Assembly (NCBI RefSeq): GCF_001194135.2
Contig: NC_069002.1
Span: 26,052,604 to 26,116,603 of the forward strand
DNA: 64,000 nucleotides
From: Octopus bimaculoides
Taxonomy: Eukaryota
Direction: 5' to 3'
Made by a program: the position numbers and the translations under genes
Notes under the pieces: model-generated
The model's input: only the letters and a program-made list of their open reading frames with translations
What the model was told of the DNA's origin: nothing
Databases searched by the model: none
Shown here: positions 26,400 to 39,650 of the stretch, piece after piece
Numbering within the stretch: position 1 is the first letter of the stretch
Layout of the letters: every line of letters begins with the position of its first letter

Positions 26400-26605
26400 G
26401 CCACAGCAGAACTGGTACCAGAGCTGGTGCCATATTAAAAGCACCCAGTACACTCTGTAGAGTGATTGACATTAGGAAGGGCATCCAGCTGTTGGAACCA
26501 TGTCAGAACAGACAAGGGGCCATGGTGTGGCCCTTGACCTTACCAGCTCCAGTCAAACTGTCCAACCCATGCCTGCACGAGAAACAGATATTAAACGATG
26601 ATGAG
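26400..26605 (+). mobile_element. RTE 3' UTR and tail
   Basis: gcacccagtacactctg...aggaagggcatccagctg...ccaacccatgcc. Confidence 0.8.
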
Positions 26606-26626
26606 GATATATATAATATGTATAAT

Positions 26627-26787
26627 TCTTTTTCTTTTTTATTTGTTTCAGTCATTTGACTGTGGCCATGCTGGAGCACCGCCTTTTAGTTGAACAAATT
26701 GACCCCAGGACTTATTCTTTGTGAGCCTAGTGTTCATTCTATCAGTCTCTTTTGCTGAACATCGGTTGTCAAGCGATGATGGGGGCA

Positions 26788-26872
<85 letters not shown>

Positions 26873-27018
26873 GACGGGCTTCTTTCAGTTTCCATCTGCC
26901 AAATCCACTTGGTTGGCCCAAGGCTATAGTAGAAGACACTGGTTCAAGATGCCATGCAGTGGGACTGAACCTGGAACCATGTGGTTGGTAAACAAGCTAC
27001 TTACCACACAGCTACTCC
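26627..27018 (-). mobile_element. SINE family A with expanded internal (CA)n
   Basis: Head and tail match family A. Confidence 0.88.
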
Positions 27019-27319
27019 ACCACCTTATATATATAATTTGTATACCAGCTCTGGTCAAATCATCTGACCCATGCCACCATGGAAACGGATGTCCAATGAT
27101 GACATCAATGACAACAACGACGATGATGACAATAACGATGACGATGACAATGATGGCGATGAAGATTTGACAGAGAAACCTGAATGCTAAATGCTAGGTA
27201 ATCCAGATCACTTTAAACCTGGAAGATTATATCATGGAACCAGTGGCAGTCACAAATGGGTTGGAATCAAAATGGTTAAAATCTACACTGCCAACTAATG
27301 AAACTTTAATTATGCATTA

Positions 27320-27520
27320 AAATTATGTTTAGCAGTATTTCGTCTGCCGCTACGTTCTGAGTTCAAATTCCGCCAAGGTCGACTTAGCCTTTCATTCTTT
27401 CGGGGTCGATTAAATAAGTACCAGTTACACACTGGGGTTGATGTAATCGACTTAATCCCTTTGTCCTTGTTTGTCCCCTTTATGTTTAACCCCTCGTGGG
27501 CAATAAAGAAATAAGAAACT
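27320..27520 (+). mobile_element. SINE family B, variant 3' end
   Basis: cagtatttcgtctgccgctacgttctgagttcaaattccgccaaggtcgacttagcctttca. Confidence 0.8.
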
Positions 27521-27697
27521 TTAATTATGCAGTGCACCTGATACTTGCTGTCATGTCTTGTTTCACTCCGTGCAACCTTATTTGCAGACAGGTGGACTGA
27601 GCTAGTAAGTATCTTGGTCATTATGGACACTACACATTATTGTTAATATGCAAATAACACATTAGCTTCTGGCGCAGCAATATGTTGACCTAGGGCA

Positions 27698-28110
27698 TAC
27701 TCTTTTACTCTTTTACTTGTTTCAGTCATTTGACTGTGGCCATGCTGGAGCACCGCTGTTTTAGTCGAACAAATTGACCCAAGGACTTATTTTTTGTAAG
27801 CCTAGTACTTATTCTATCGGTCTCTTTTGTCAAACCGCTAAGTTACAGGGGTCATAAACACCAACTTCGGTTGTCAAGCGATGATTGGGGACAAACAGAG
27901 ACACACAAACATATACATATGCAATCCTCACGCACATATATATATGTATACAAGGGGCTTCTTTCAGTTTCCGTCTATCAAATCCACTCACAAGTTTTTG
28001 GCCATCCCGATGCTATAGTAGAAGACACATACCCAAGATGCCACACAGTGGGACTGAACCCGGAACCATGTGGCTGGTAAGCAAGCTACTTACCGCACAG
28101 CCACTCCAGC
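27698..28110 (-). mobile_element. SINE family A, full length
   Basis: (GAGTAAAA)n-type tail, body and head present. Confidence 0.9.
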
Positions 28111-28114
28111 ACCC

Positions 28115-28154
<40 letters not shown>

Positions 28155-28219
28155 GATAGATAAATAGATAGAGAGAGAGAGAGAGAGATAGATAAAGACA
28201 TACATACATACATACATGC

Positions 28220-28705
28220 CTCATGACTGAGAATTTTGGCAATATGCTGTGCTTGAGAAGACCCATCAAACCAAGTGAAATCACAGTTGTGGTCAATGCT
28301 GATGATACGCAACTGGCACCCATGCCAGTGGCACGTAAAGAGCACTTTTGAGTGTTGGGTCTCATGGAGGCAAAGTGGCCAAGCTCCTTTCGAGTGTTGG
28401 GCCCCATGGAGGCAATGACCAAGACCTTTGGCATTATGTCGTGCTTGAGAAGACCCATCAAGCCGAGCAAAATTGCAGTCATGGCAGATACTAGTTTCAT
28501 GCAAATGGTACCTGCGCTAGTGGCACATAAAATCTTCCATTACACTCTCAGAGTGGTTGGCATTAGGAAGGACATCCAGCTGTAGAAACCATGCCAAATT
28601 AGACTGGATCCTGGTGCAGCCTTCCTGCTTGCCATCCCTGGTCAAACCATCCAACCCATGCCAGCAAAGAAAATGGATGTTAAATGATGATGATGAGGAT
28701 GATGT
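28220..28705 (+). mobile_element. RTE 3' end with internal duplication
   Basis: gagaagacccatcaa occurs twice; UTR and (GAT)n present. Confidence 0.8.
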
Positions 28706-28893
28706 GTGCATGCGGGTGCATGTGTGTGTGTGTGTGTGATTTTGTGTCTATTTACCTTCACATATCAGGGTAGTTGTAAACAAGTCACCTCTATACAAGT
28801 GGTATCTTTCATGAAGAGTGATCAGAAGCAGAGAGGGAGAGATGAGACAGAGAGAGAGAAAGGAAGAGAGATAGAAAGGGAGAGAGAGAGAAA

Positions 28894-28928
<35 letters not shown>

Positions 28929-29406
28929 GACAGTGAAAGAAGGTGAGAGAGGGAGAGATGAGAAAGAGAGAGAGGGAGAGAGATGAGATAGAGGGAGAGA
29001 AAAAGAGAGAGATGAGACATAGAGAAAGAAAAAGAGAGAAGAAACTGACCCCAGTATTTGACTGGTACTCTTTGACAGAAAAAGAGATGAAAGATACAGA
29101 TAACCTTATAGGGACTTGAACCGGGAAGCAAAACAATATTCACCACAAGGTATTCGATCCTGCCGGCTGATGGCACAACCAGTTCACAAGCAGAGGAAGA
29201 ACATTTTAAAGAAACGACATCATTAAATTAGTGTTAGAGACTGTATTCTTTGAAATTGTATATTTTGACATATTTGGTCAGTGGCCAGATTTTAATAACC
29301 ACAGCTATGTACTTGTGTGAATGGGTGTTTATATGTACACACACACACACACACACACACGTACACTCATATACATATGTATACATTCAGACATATGAAC
29401 ATATAT

Positions 29407-29489
<83 letters not shown>

Positions 29490-29623
29490 TATGTATATAT
29501 ATAGATATATAGATATATGTGTGTGGATATATATATGTATATATGTATATATATATTTATATATACATATATATATATATGTTTATGTGTGTATATATAT
29601 ATATATATGCATATAAATATATA

Positions 29624-29659
<36 letters not shown>

Positions 29660-29974
29660 TATAGATATAGATATACATATGTATGTCTCTCTATATATAT
29701 ATATATGCACACGTAAGTATATATATATATATATGCATATATGTGAATTTATATGAATGTGTATGTGCCTCTATAGATACATATATAATACATGTGTGTA
29801 TGTATGTATGTATATATATATATATGCATGTATGTATGTGGATATGTGTGTGTATATATATGTGTGTGTGAGTGTGTGTGTGTGTTGAGAGAGACAAAGA
29901 AAAAAGAGAAAGAGAGAAAAACAAACAGAGAAAGTAAATTTACTTACAGTTTGCATAAATGAATATATTTAAAT

Positions 29975-30006
<32 letters not shown>

Positions 30007-30300
30007 CAAACACACAAACACACAAACACCTATGCTGTGACACAACATCTGTTGTGAGTTTTTCCATTGCTATTTCTCAAATGTGAAATGTAAATTATAT
30101 ACTGCAATGCAGGAGTGAGTGTCAGATTGGGAAAGTGGTGTCAGGTATAATTACACAGCTTCTCTTGTCAATGTTTCAATGAATTGTAATGTCCCATATA
30201 TATCATATGGTGTGTGTGGGTGTGGGTGTGTGTGTTTGGTGTGTGGCTGCTTCAAGTTAAACACTGGTGATGATACTGTGGACTTTACATGTGTGTTTGC

Positions 30301-30415
<115 letters not shown>

Positions 30416-30681
30416 TGTATATATATATAAATATATATCATCAACTTTTTCAGTCTGCAGAGAAATAGCTAAAATTTCCTGTTTATAATTATATCATATG
30501 TTACACATGTACACACACACACACACGTATGTATGTATAGGTGCACATTGATGGAGAGATATACAAATATACAGATGTATAGCATACATATATTCAAATA
30601 TATATATATGTACCTCATCTATTTCTCTCTCTATCTACTGCTCTCCCTCAATATATATATATATATATGTGTATATATCTA

Positions 30682-30763
<82 letters not shown>

Positions 30764-30765
<2 letters not shown>

Positions 30766-31560
30766 GGGTGTCCCAGAAAGAATTACCTATTGATATTATT
30801 CAAAATGAACTTAATGTTCTAACGTGAATTGTCAATCCCTGCAGTAATTACATTTCAAAGTGACCCTTTTCACCTTTATCATAGCTGAATTGCATGAGTG
30901 CCATACCACCTCTTCATCTAACTTGACCCCTAAAGGCAGAGGGGCTTTCTTCAGATCTGACACATCTGAATAGGCGCTAGTAGAAACATTACTCTCTAAG
31001 ATGAACCAGATAGCAAAGTCCATGGAGATGATGTCTGCACTTGAGAGAAGTCTTATCATCTTGTCCCAAAATCTGCTGAAATGCTCTTTGCACCAACCTT
31101 GTGTCAAATTGGATATGTGAACCGGAGCCCTGTCTTGAGTGAAGCTGTAACAGTCACCAAAGATTTCTGTGGCCCAGGGTAACACTTTCTCATCCAACAT
31201 TTCCACATAAACTTCACTGTTGATTTTGCCACCAGCATCGATGATGATCAAGGGATACTTCAGGGAGACTATATCATCTTGTCCCTGAAATGCTCTTTGC
31301 ACCACCTCTGTGTCAAATTGGATGTGTGGGCCAGAGACCTGTCTCGAGTGAAGATGTAGCAGTCACCAAAGGTTTCTTTGGCCCATTTTTCACATAAACT
31401 TCAGCATCGATGAAGATCAATGAAGACCTGAACTCATCAGATGCCATTTGTGCATAAAGCCTGTCATTCTGCCGGTTGGTAACAGCCTTCACGGTGAAGA
31501 TCTTCTTGCTGGATCAGATCAACACTTTGTTAGCAGTATGCTTCATCTCAGCTAACATGG
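30764..31560 (-). mobile_element. maT/DD37D-like transposase remnant with TIR
   Basis: ORF 30832-31305: KYPLIIIDAGGKINSEVYVEMLDEKVLPWATEIFGDCYSFTQDRAPVH...SADIISMDFAIW; TIR cagggtgtcccagaaa at 30764. Confidence 0.88.
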
Positions 31561-31744
31561 TTTTACCCCTTTTGAGCCACTTACCACACAGCCACTCCTG
31601 TGCTTATTGTAAAATTTAATTTAATTTTGATAAATTAAATTGAATTTTTCCCTGTAAATTTGGAATTTTTCCCCTAATATTATCATCATAAATATATACA
31701 TATATATATATACATATATATACATATATACACACAGACACACA

Positions 31745-31811
<67 letters not shown>

Positions 31812-33945
31812 GACAGGCTTCTTTCAATTTCCATCTAGCAAATTCACTTACAAAGCTTTGGTCGAACCAAGGGTATAGAAGACACTTGCCCAAGGTGCCA
31901 CACAGTGGTACTGAACCCAAGACCATGTGGTTGGGAAGCAGGCTTCATACCACACACCCATGCCTTCACCTGTTATATATGAATATATTCCAAATTACCA
32001 AGTTGCACCTCGACTGGACAGGTTGTCTGCAACCTTACGGAATCCGGTTTATTCCTCTTATTTTTTTTATCTTTTTATATTTTTTCATCTCAGATTGTCA
32101 TGCATCTCTTGGGAAAAGATCTCTTGTCTAACTTCCTACTGAATACCATACAGATCCCTGAGTTACTTTTATTGTAGGGGCCAAAGACTCAACAGCAGCA
32201 GCAGATCTTATATAAAATGACAAAACCCCCTTCTATGTTTTTACCTCAATGTAGTAATGAATTATTCAGTAATATCAATAGAGAGAACTTTGATAGTGAA
32301 GCAAGATTCGGTGTTGTTGTTGTTGTTGTTATTCTGTTTTATTCGTTTCTATTTTTCATTTTTTTAATGTTTTTCTCGTTGATTCTGTTATTGTTGTCGA
32401 CGTTGATATTACTTCATTTGTTGTTGTTTGGCATTATTGTAGTTCTAGTTGTGGTTGTTGTTGTTGTTGTTGGTATTGTTCATATCGATGTTCCTGTTGT
32501 TGCTTCTGTTGTTATTAAGAAGGTCATGAGGTTAGCTTTACTTTAGCAAAATCCAGCCAAGCTACAGAAATATGAGTGATAACATATAACAAATTCATAC
32601 AATTGTTTTTGGCTCAAACTACAATACACAAACTTCCTCTTATTTTTATTTTATTTCGTTTGATTTTATTATCATTTTTTTCATTCATATAGATTTATTG
32701 TGATTGCTAACTTGATGTTAAAGTTTGAAATATGCCCTTCCTTATTTTAAAGATGAAAGGGAGGGCATTGAGAAAATTTGTGGAAACTATGTTGAAACAG
32801 TTAAGTAGATTGAGATTGTTTTGCAGAAACCAGTTAGAAGCGGATGAATCTTTTGGCAAGCGCCAGCAGCAAGCACTAAAATGGCTTTTTACAAGCATCA
32901 ATAGCAAACGTTAGCAGCAAATTTTGGCACAAGGCAGTTTTTGGGAAGGGAAGGGCTAAGGTGATTGGATTGACCCCAGTGCTCAACTGGTACTTATTTC
33001 ATCAACCCTGAAAAGATGAAAGGCAAAGTCGACCCCAAAAGGATGAAAGCTGGCATCAATCCTGAAGGATTGAAAAGCAAAGTCAACCTTGGTGGAATTT
33101 GAACTCAGAATGTAAAGATAGAGGACATGCCACTTAGCATTCCGTTCAGCATGGTAATAATTCTGCCAGCTCACCACTTTAGCAGTTGCTTCAAATTTTT
33201 GGCACAAGGCCAGCAATTTCAGGGGAGGGTTGATTAAACTGACCCTGGGGGTACTTATTTTATCCACCCTAAAATGATGAAAGGCAAAATCAACCCCAGT
33301 GGAAATTGAACCCAGAACGTAAAGAAAGATGAGATGCCACTCATTTTGCCCGGCACCTTAGCAACTCACCCGCTTAACAGCAGCAAATGAATCGATAGCA
33401 AGCGCCAAAATCTTTTTGCATACATCAGTAAGATGCTGCTGGATCTTTTTGGAAGCACTTGTAGTAAATATTCCTTTCTACTTTAGGTACAAGTCTTGGA
33501 TTGGGGGTTAGTCAATTGCATTGACCCCCAGTGTCCAACTGGTACTTCTGTTATCAAGCCCAAAATGATGAAAAACAAAGTTGACTTCAATGAATTGAAA
33601 CTCAGAATGTAAGGATAGACAAAATTCCTCTCACCAATTTGTCCGGCATGCTAACATTTCTGTCAGCTTGCTGCCTTAACCAGTAGCAAATATTAGTTTC
33701 AAATTTTGGCACAAGGCCAGCAATTTCAAGTGTAGGGTTAAGTTGATTACATCAACCCCAGTGTTCAACTGGTACTTATTATATTGACCCCGAAAGGATG
33801 AAAAGTGAAGTCAAACTGGTCAGAGTTTGAACTCATAATGTAAAGACTGTTACTAAGCAAATTCTCTGGCATGCTAACAATTCTGCCAGCTTGTTGCTCG
33901 ACCAGCGGCAAATATTAAAAACTTTTTGCAAGCACTAGTAGTAAA

Positions 33946-34354
33946 CAGGAGTGGCTGTGTGGTAAGTAGCTTGCTTACCAACCACATGATTCCGGGTTCA
34001 TTCCCACTGCATGGCACCTTGGGCAAGTGTCTTCTACTATAGCCTCGGGTCGACCAAAGCCTTGTGAGTGAATTTGGTAGACAGAAACTGAAGGAAGTCC
34101 ATTGTATATATGTATATATATATATATGTATGTGTGTGTATATGTTTGTGTGTCTGTGTTTGTCCCCCCAACATCACTTGACAACCGATGGTGGTGTGTT
34201 CACGTCCCTGTAACTTAGCGGTTTGGCAAAGAGACCAATAGAATAAGTACTAGGCTTACAAAAATAAGTCCTGGGGTCGATTTGCTCAACTAAAGGTGGT
34301 GCTCCAGCATGGCCGCAGTCAAATGACTGAAACAAGTAAAAGAGTAAAAGAGTA
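33946..34354 (+). mobile_element. SINE family A, full-length reference copy
   Basis: tRNA-like head (caggagtggctgtgtggtaag...ccgggttcattccc), CORE-like accttgggcaagt, internal (TA/TG)n, body, tail (AAGAGTAA)n. Confidence 0.92.
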
Positions 34355-34527
34355 AGCACCAGCCTCTTTTTGAAAGCACCAGTCACAGACTAAATTATTT
34401 TGTAATTATTAGTAACCAGTGCCAACATCATTCTGCAAGTACCAGTTACAAATTCCAAGATTGTTTTGCAAGTGCCAGCAGCAAGCACCAAGATCTTTTT
34501 GTAGATACTAACAACAAGCATCTAGAG

Positions 34528-34852
34528 CAGAGCTGGCCAACCTGAGGCCCATGGGCCGCATGCAGCCTGCAGACTTTTATCTTGCAGCCTGCTTGATACT
34601 TTCTTCAAATGGCTCTATTTAAACAAACATTTTATGAATTTTATCAAAAATTAAGGATTGCAATGAAAAGTAAAAAAGTAAGATGCTACTGTTTTTGCAA
34701 AGATAATATTTCATGTTGAATCATTCATTCATTTATTGTAATAATGACTTGAGAAAGCAGAATGCTTTCAATTCTATCAGTGTACAAGTGGTCCTCAGAA
34801 AACTTTCTGTGATTAAAGTGGCCTGCAATGTAATTTAATTTGGTCAGGCCTG
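34528..34852. mobile_element. hAT (Charlie-like) MITE
   Basis: Ends cagagctggccaacctg... and ...ttggtcaggcctg; exact 8-bp TSD ATCTAGAG at 34520-34527 and 34853-34860, fitting the NTCTAGAN Charlie target preference. Confidence 0.88.
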
Positions 34853-36794
34853 ATCTAGAGCTTTTTCTAAGCACCAGCTACAGACTAGAGTGTTCTATAA
34901 GCACCAGTAACAAGCGCAGACATCATTTTGCAAGCACCAAGGTCTTTTTGTATCCACCAGTAACAATTATTGATTCCAAATTTTGCCACAAGGCCAGTAA
35001 TTTTCGGGGAGGTGGGTAAGTCAATTACATAGACCTTAAATGCTTAACTGGTATTTATTTTATTGACTCAGAAAAGATGAAAGGCAAAGTGGATGTTGGT
35101 GGAATTTTAACGTAAAGATGAATGAAATGCCGCTAAGTGTTTTCTTCTGTGTGTTAACGATTCTGCCAGAATAATGATTTCAAATGCTGGCACAAGGCTA
35201 GCAATTTCAAGGAAGGGGGTAAATCAATTATATCGACCCCAATGTTCAACTGGTACTTGTTTTATCGACCCCAAAAGGATGACAGGCAAAGTTGCATTTG
35301 AACTCAGACTGCAAAGACAGGCGAAATGCCAACCAGTAGCAAGCATTACCATGTTTTTGTAAGCACCAGTAGCAATGCATCTAGATCACATTCCTTTAAT
35401 TAGCACAGTCTTGTTTGCAAATAAGAAAAATATTTAATATATGTAAACTGGAACACATGGAAAAATTTCCCTGAAAAAAATTACTGTAATTTCTCTGATT
35501 GATTCGTGTTTATAAGAGGTGGGGGAAAAAATTGACTTTTAAGAACCTCCATTTTGATTTTCTGCATTACATATTGAGGCAATTTACTTACTTTTGACAT
35601 GAAGCAAAATTATTATTCAAAGTAATTAATTGGAGAACTCATAATTTTAAATAATTTCCTAAAATATTGTTATTTCAATCATTATTTCCTCATTCTTGTC
35701 TTCCATTTGTTTACGCATTTTTGTTTTTCTTTCTATCAAACCTGTAATAAAAATTGTTGTTTTTGCTGTTGTTTTTGTACATATATTAATAGATATTCAC
35801 AAGCTATATTGCATCTAATATGATAAAAAAAAACGAATTATGAATTTTAAAAAATCGCCAAATATTATGAGATATTTTGATATCACTGTTGTGGAAACTC
35901 ACCAATATATTGATGCCTTCAGCAGAAAAATAAATATTTTTACAGCTCTTTTTCTTTTTCTTACTGTATTTCCCCCCCCCCCTCTTCACTGAAACAAAAT
36001 TTTGCTTTCTCTATTGCAGATATTTTTGCTTCAGTCTTTCTCGCATGCTTTTGTCAGCCTTAAATTTAATACTTTCAAGCTTCCTTAGCAATAATTTCTA
36101 AATAACCTCTTCCACACTGACGTATTTCATTTAATCTGACAGCAACGTTGAAGAACTACAATGAGAAATATACATTATTGATAGAATAACATCTGAACAA
36201 TATGTAATATAATCTATGTAATATTGCAACAGAATGACGAGGAGATAAAAAGCCCAAACACATGGGAACAATGACAAGAAAATGTCTTGTGAACTTAGCA
36301 GCTAGTTTAAGGGTTAACTTAATACATTAGAGTAGCCTGATATCATAAGGGGTTTGCTGTTTATTTTTGTATTAAGTAAATGAAGGGGAGAATCACAACT
36401 GATGTTGACATTCTAAGGGTTAACATAACACCAAGGAATAGCCAAACATCGAAGGCGTTTTCTATTTATTTTCACATTAGCAGATGGTAAATGAAGAGAA
36501 GAATGACAACCAATGTTGACGTGGATGGTTTGCATTCTTGCCAAACCAGTCAAAATTCAAACCAGTTTGTTAAATTGTTTTCCGGCATAGATCTATAAAT
36601 GTTGAAATGCTGTCAATGATAAACGTTCAAGGATATATTTTCTATCTTATTTTATTTTTGTCTTCAAATTTTTCCACATCTTTGACAAAGTTAAATTCCA
36701 TTTGCTTTGACTAACAGTTTTATTTTTAAGTATCACTTGATTTTTCAGTATTGTTTCCTGTAGATTCGGGACTAACAATTGTTTTAATTTTTGT

Positions 36795-37777
36795 TTAACC
36801 TTTTTGATACGAACCTACCTGAGGCTGTGCTTCATTCCACAATGCAAATTTCTTGTTTTAATGTGATCTAAATTAACAACTTCCTCAAAATGTCATTAAT
36901 GTTCCAAACACCAGCTTGATAGTAGTAACAACAAAGTTATTTTACCAAGTTCATTATTTTCAAAATAAACTGAAACAAAGTCAGTGTAGTTCAACAGAAA
37001 TATGGTAACAAAAGGGTTAAAATGATCTAAATTAAAACCTTCCATCAAAATTTCCTATTAATTTATATTCCAATTACCAACTTAATAATGACAAGGTTAT
37101 TTGACTGAATTCTCCATTATTTTTGAATTTAAATGAATGAAAGGCAGAAATATGGTAACAAAGGGATTAAATCTTTTGATACTAATCTGCCTGAAGTTGC
37201 TCCTGGTTCTATGATACAAACTTCCTGTTTTAAAAGTGATCCAAATTAAAAGCTTCCTTCAGAATTTCAAGGTAGTTTATGTTTTAAACACCAGCACAAT
37301 GATGATAAAGGTATTCTATTAAGTTCTTCATTATTCTCAAAATGGATTGATATAAAGGCAATGTATTTCAACAGAAATATGGTAACAAAAGGGTTAAAGT
37401 GATTTAAATAAAAACTTCGATGAAAAAATTACATATTAATTTGTCTTAAACACCAGCACAATGATGACAAATGCATTTTACTATTTTCCTCATTATTTTG
37501 AAAATTAATGAAGACAAAAGCAATGTGTTTCAGCAGGAATATGGTAACAGAAGGATTAATTCTTTTGATTCCAATCTGTCTGAGGCTGACCTTGGTTCTA
37601 TGAAACAAGCTTCCTGTTTTAAAGTGATCTGAATTATAACCTTCCATTTTAATTAATCTTCTAATCACTACCTTAATGATGCCAAATATGTTTTTTTTTT
37701 TATATTCAGCATTATTTTCAGAATTATTTAAAACAAAGGCAATGTATTCAACTGAAATGTGATAAGAAAAGGGTTGA
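36795..37777 (-). repeat. Second array of TTAA-bounded MITE units (L-S-L-S-L)
   Basis: Unit ends (aaagggttaa-like) at about 37020, 37170, 37397, 37559 and 37777; long units have ~17-bp TIRs TTAACCCTTTTG(A/T)TACC. Confidence 0.8.
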
Positions 37778-38028
37778 AGTGCTCAAGATCAATACAAGAC
37801 GAGGGAAATATAGCTCATTGAATCACATTATATTACTGGTACTTGTTTGGGTCAATGAGAGAGCTTTGGGTCTCATTGTGAGATCAGTGAGATATAAAAT
37901 ATATTTTGTATGAAGATAGGCGTCTTTTTTTTTTAAATGCCCGTCTTTTAATAATTAATGTTTCATAAAATAAATATTTCATGATTTTATTATATATGGC
38001 AAAGTTAGAAATATATTTTATGGATAAA

Positions 38029-38077
38029 GTCTTACAGCTGTTTCAGGGAAAATCCAATGTATCCCTTCATCAGAGAC
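38029..38077 (-). ncRNA. Minimal type-I hammerhead ribozyme (H2, antisense arm)
   Basis: Exact reverse complement of 38273-38321. Confidence 0.75.
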
Positions 38078-38272
38078 GGTAATAGTAGAGGAATGGATTA
38101 TTACATCTATAAGAGGAGAGTTGTAGTAGGAAGTGAGAGTGATGTTCTGAAAAACGAACAAAGAAGAAACAGTACTTGGAGTGTAGCTTCATTCTTTTTT
38201 CAGTGCATCACTCTCACTTCCTACTACAACTCTCCTCTTATAGATGTAATAATCCATTCCTCTACTATTACC

Positions 38273-38321
38273 GTCTCTGATGAAGGGATACATTGGATTT
38301 TCCCTGAAACAGCTGTAAGAC
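38273..38321 (+). ncRNA. Minimal type-I hammerhead ribozyme (H2)
   Basis: GUCU-CUGAUGA-AGGGA uacauuggauuu UCCCU-GAAA-CAGCUGU-A-AGAC: full core, 5-bp helix II, palindromic helix III ACAGCUGU, GUA site after 38317, 4-bp helix I. Confidence 0.78.
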
Positions 38322-38522
38322 TTTATCCATAAAATATATTTCTAACTTTGCCATTGTTCTCTTTATCCTTTTCTCTCTTTATACATACACACGCTTATAC
38401 ACGACCTATGTTATAATCCCCACTCATGTTTATACAACGAAAGGGGCACAACTAGCCGGTATACAGCACTTACTTGGTATTACCTGTGTCTTTGGGTTTG
38501 GTTGAATCCAATACCCTTCATA

Positions 38523-38571
<49 letters not shown>

Positions 38572-39002
38572 CACGTGTTATTTGTCTCTAAATTATATGT
38601 TAATGCTATGGCACAGTTACTGATGAGAATTTCGCCTAGCAAATTATTTTATTTGGTAAATAAAATTTGAAATCTAGGTATAACCATAAAAAAATAACAA
38701 GGTAAAAGTTTATATTTTTCTTTTCCTTCGAAATTGCTCTTAAATGCGGTTTTAGTCGTTTTGACTGCTTCTTCTGAAAGAAAATCGGCATTTTTTGTAT
38801 TTGCTGCCGTTAAGAAAACCGCACTTGCGTGGTAGATATGAAAAGTTATAACATATAAGCACGAGACATGTTCTCTGTATTACCTCGTGTTTATATGTTA
38901 ATCTTGGCTTTCCTGCTGATGATAGCTGGCCTAGCAAATTATATCTATATCTATCTATATATATATATATATGCAATTTGTAATACATATACACATATGT
39001 CT

Positions 39003-39390
39003 TACATCTTTTACTTCTTTCAGTCATTAAACTGTGGCCATGCTGGGGCATTGCCTTGAAGAATTTTCGCTGAATGAATCAATCCAAGGACTTATTCTTT
39101 TTAAGCTTGGTACTTATTTTATCAATCTCTTTTGCTGAACTGCTAAGTTACGGGAACATAAACACACCAACACCGGTTGTCAAACAGAGCTGATGGGGGG
39201 ACAAGCACAGACACAAAGACACACACCCTCACATATACATGACAGGCTTCTTTCAGTTTCCATCTACCAAACACATAAGGGTTTAGTCTGCCTGAAGCTA
39301 TAGTAGAAGATACTTGTCCAAGGTGCCACACTAGGGGACTGAACCTGGAACCATGTATTTGGGAAGCAAACTTCTTACCACACAGCCATT
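39003..39390 (-). mobile_element. SINE family A
   Basis: Tail and head match family A. Confidence 0.85.
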
Positions 39391-39399
39391 GTTAAAAAT

Positions 39400-39650
39400 A
39401 TCCAAGTTCAGGGGATAAAGAAAAATAAGGGTGATAATGATTATTTAAAATTTTTGCCACAAGGGTAGCTTGAGGGAAGTGGGAATGAGTCGATTACATT
39501 GACCCCAGTGTCCAGTTGGTATTTATTTAATCAACCCCGAAAGGATGAAAGGCAAAGTCAACCTCGGCGGAATTTGAACTCAGAATGTAGCAATGGGCGA
39601 AATACTGAGAAGCATTTTGTTCATCGCGCTGACAATTCTGCTGGCTCACC
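39400..39650 (-). mobile_element. SINE family B
   Basis: ...aaaggatgaaaggcaaagtcaacctcggcggaatttgaactcagaa...ctggctcaccac. Confidence 0.85.

Larger units (their letters stand above)
32830..35400. repeat. Old ~30-bp minisatellite (GCAAGCACCAGTAGCAAGCACCAAGATCTTTTT-like) carrying six minus-strand family B SINEs (approx. 32915-33175, 33185-33365, 33470-33680, 33690-33900, 34975-35170, 35175-35335)
   Basis: Motif remnants at about 32850, 33390, 33900, 34355-34520, 34861-34965 and 35335; SINE B reverse complements lie between them. Confidence 0.7.
37996..38390 (+). mobile_element. PLE-type insertion (family H2): perfect 149-bp inverted repeat with HHR in each arm and a 3' extension
   Basis: 37996-38144 is the exact reverse complement of 38206-38354 (compared base by base). 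Confidence 0.75.

Noticed and set aside
32060-32180. Strong polypyrimidine tract + CAG acceptor at 32093
   Set aside because: All three downstream frames stop within 30 codons and no good donor follows.
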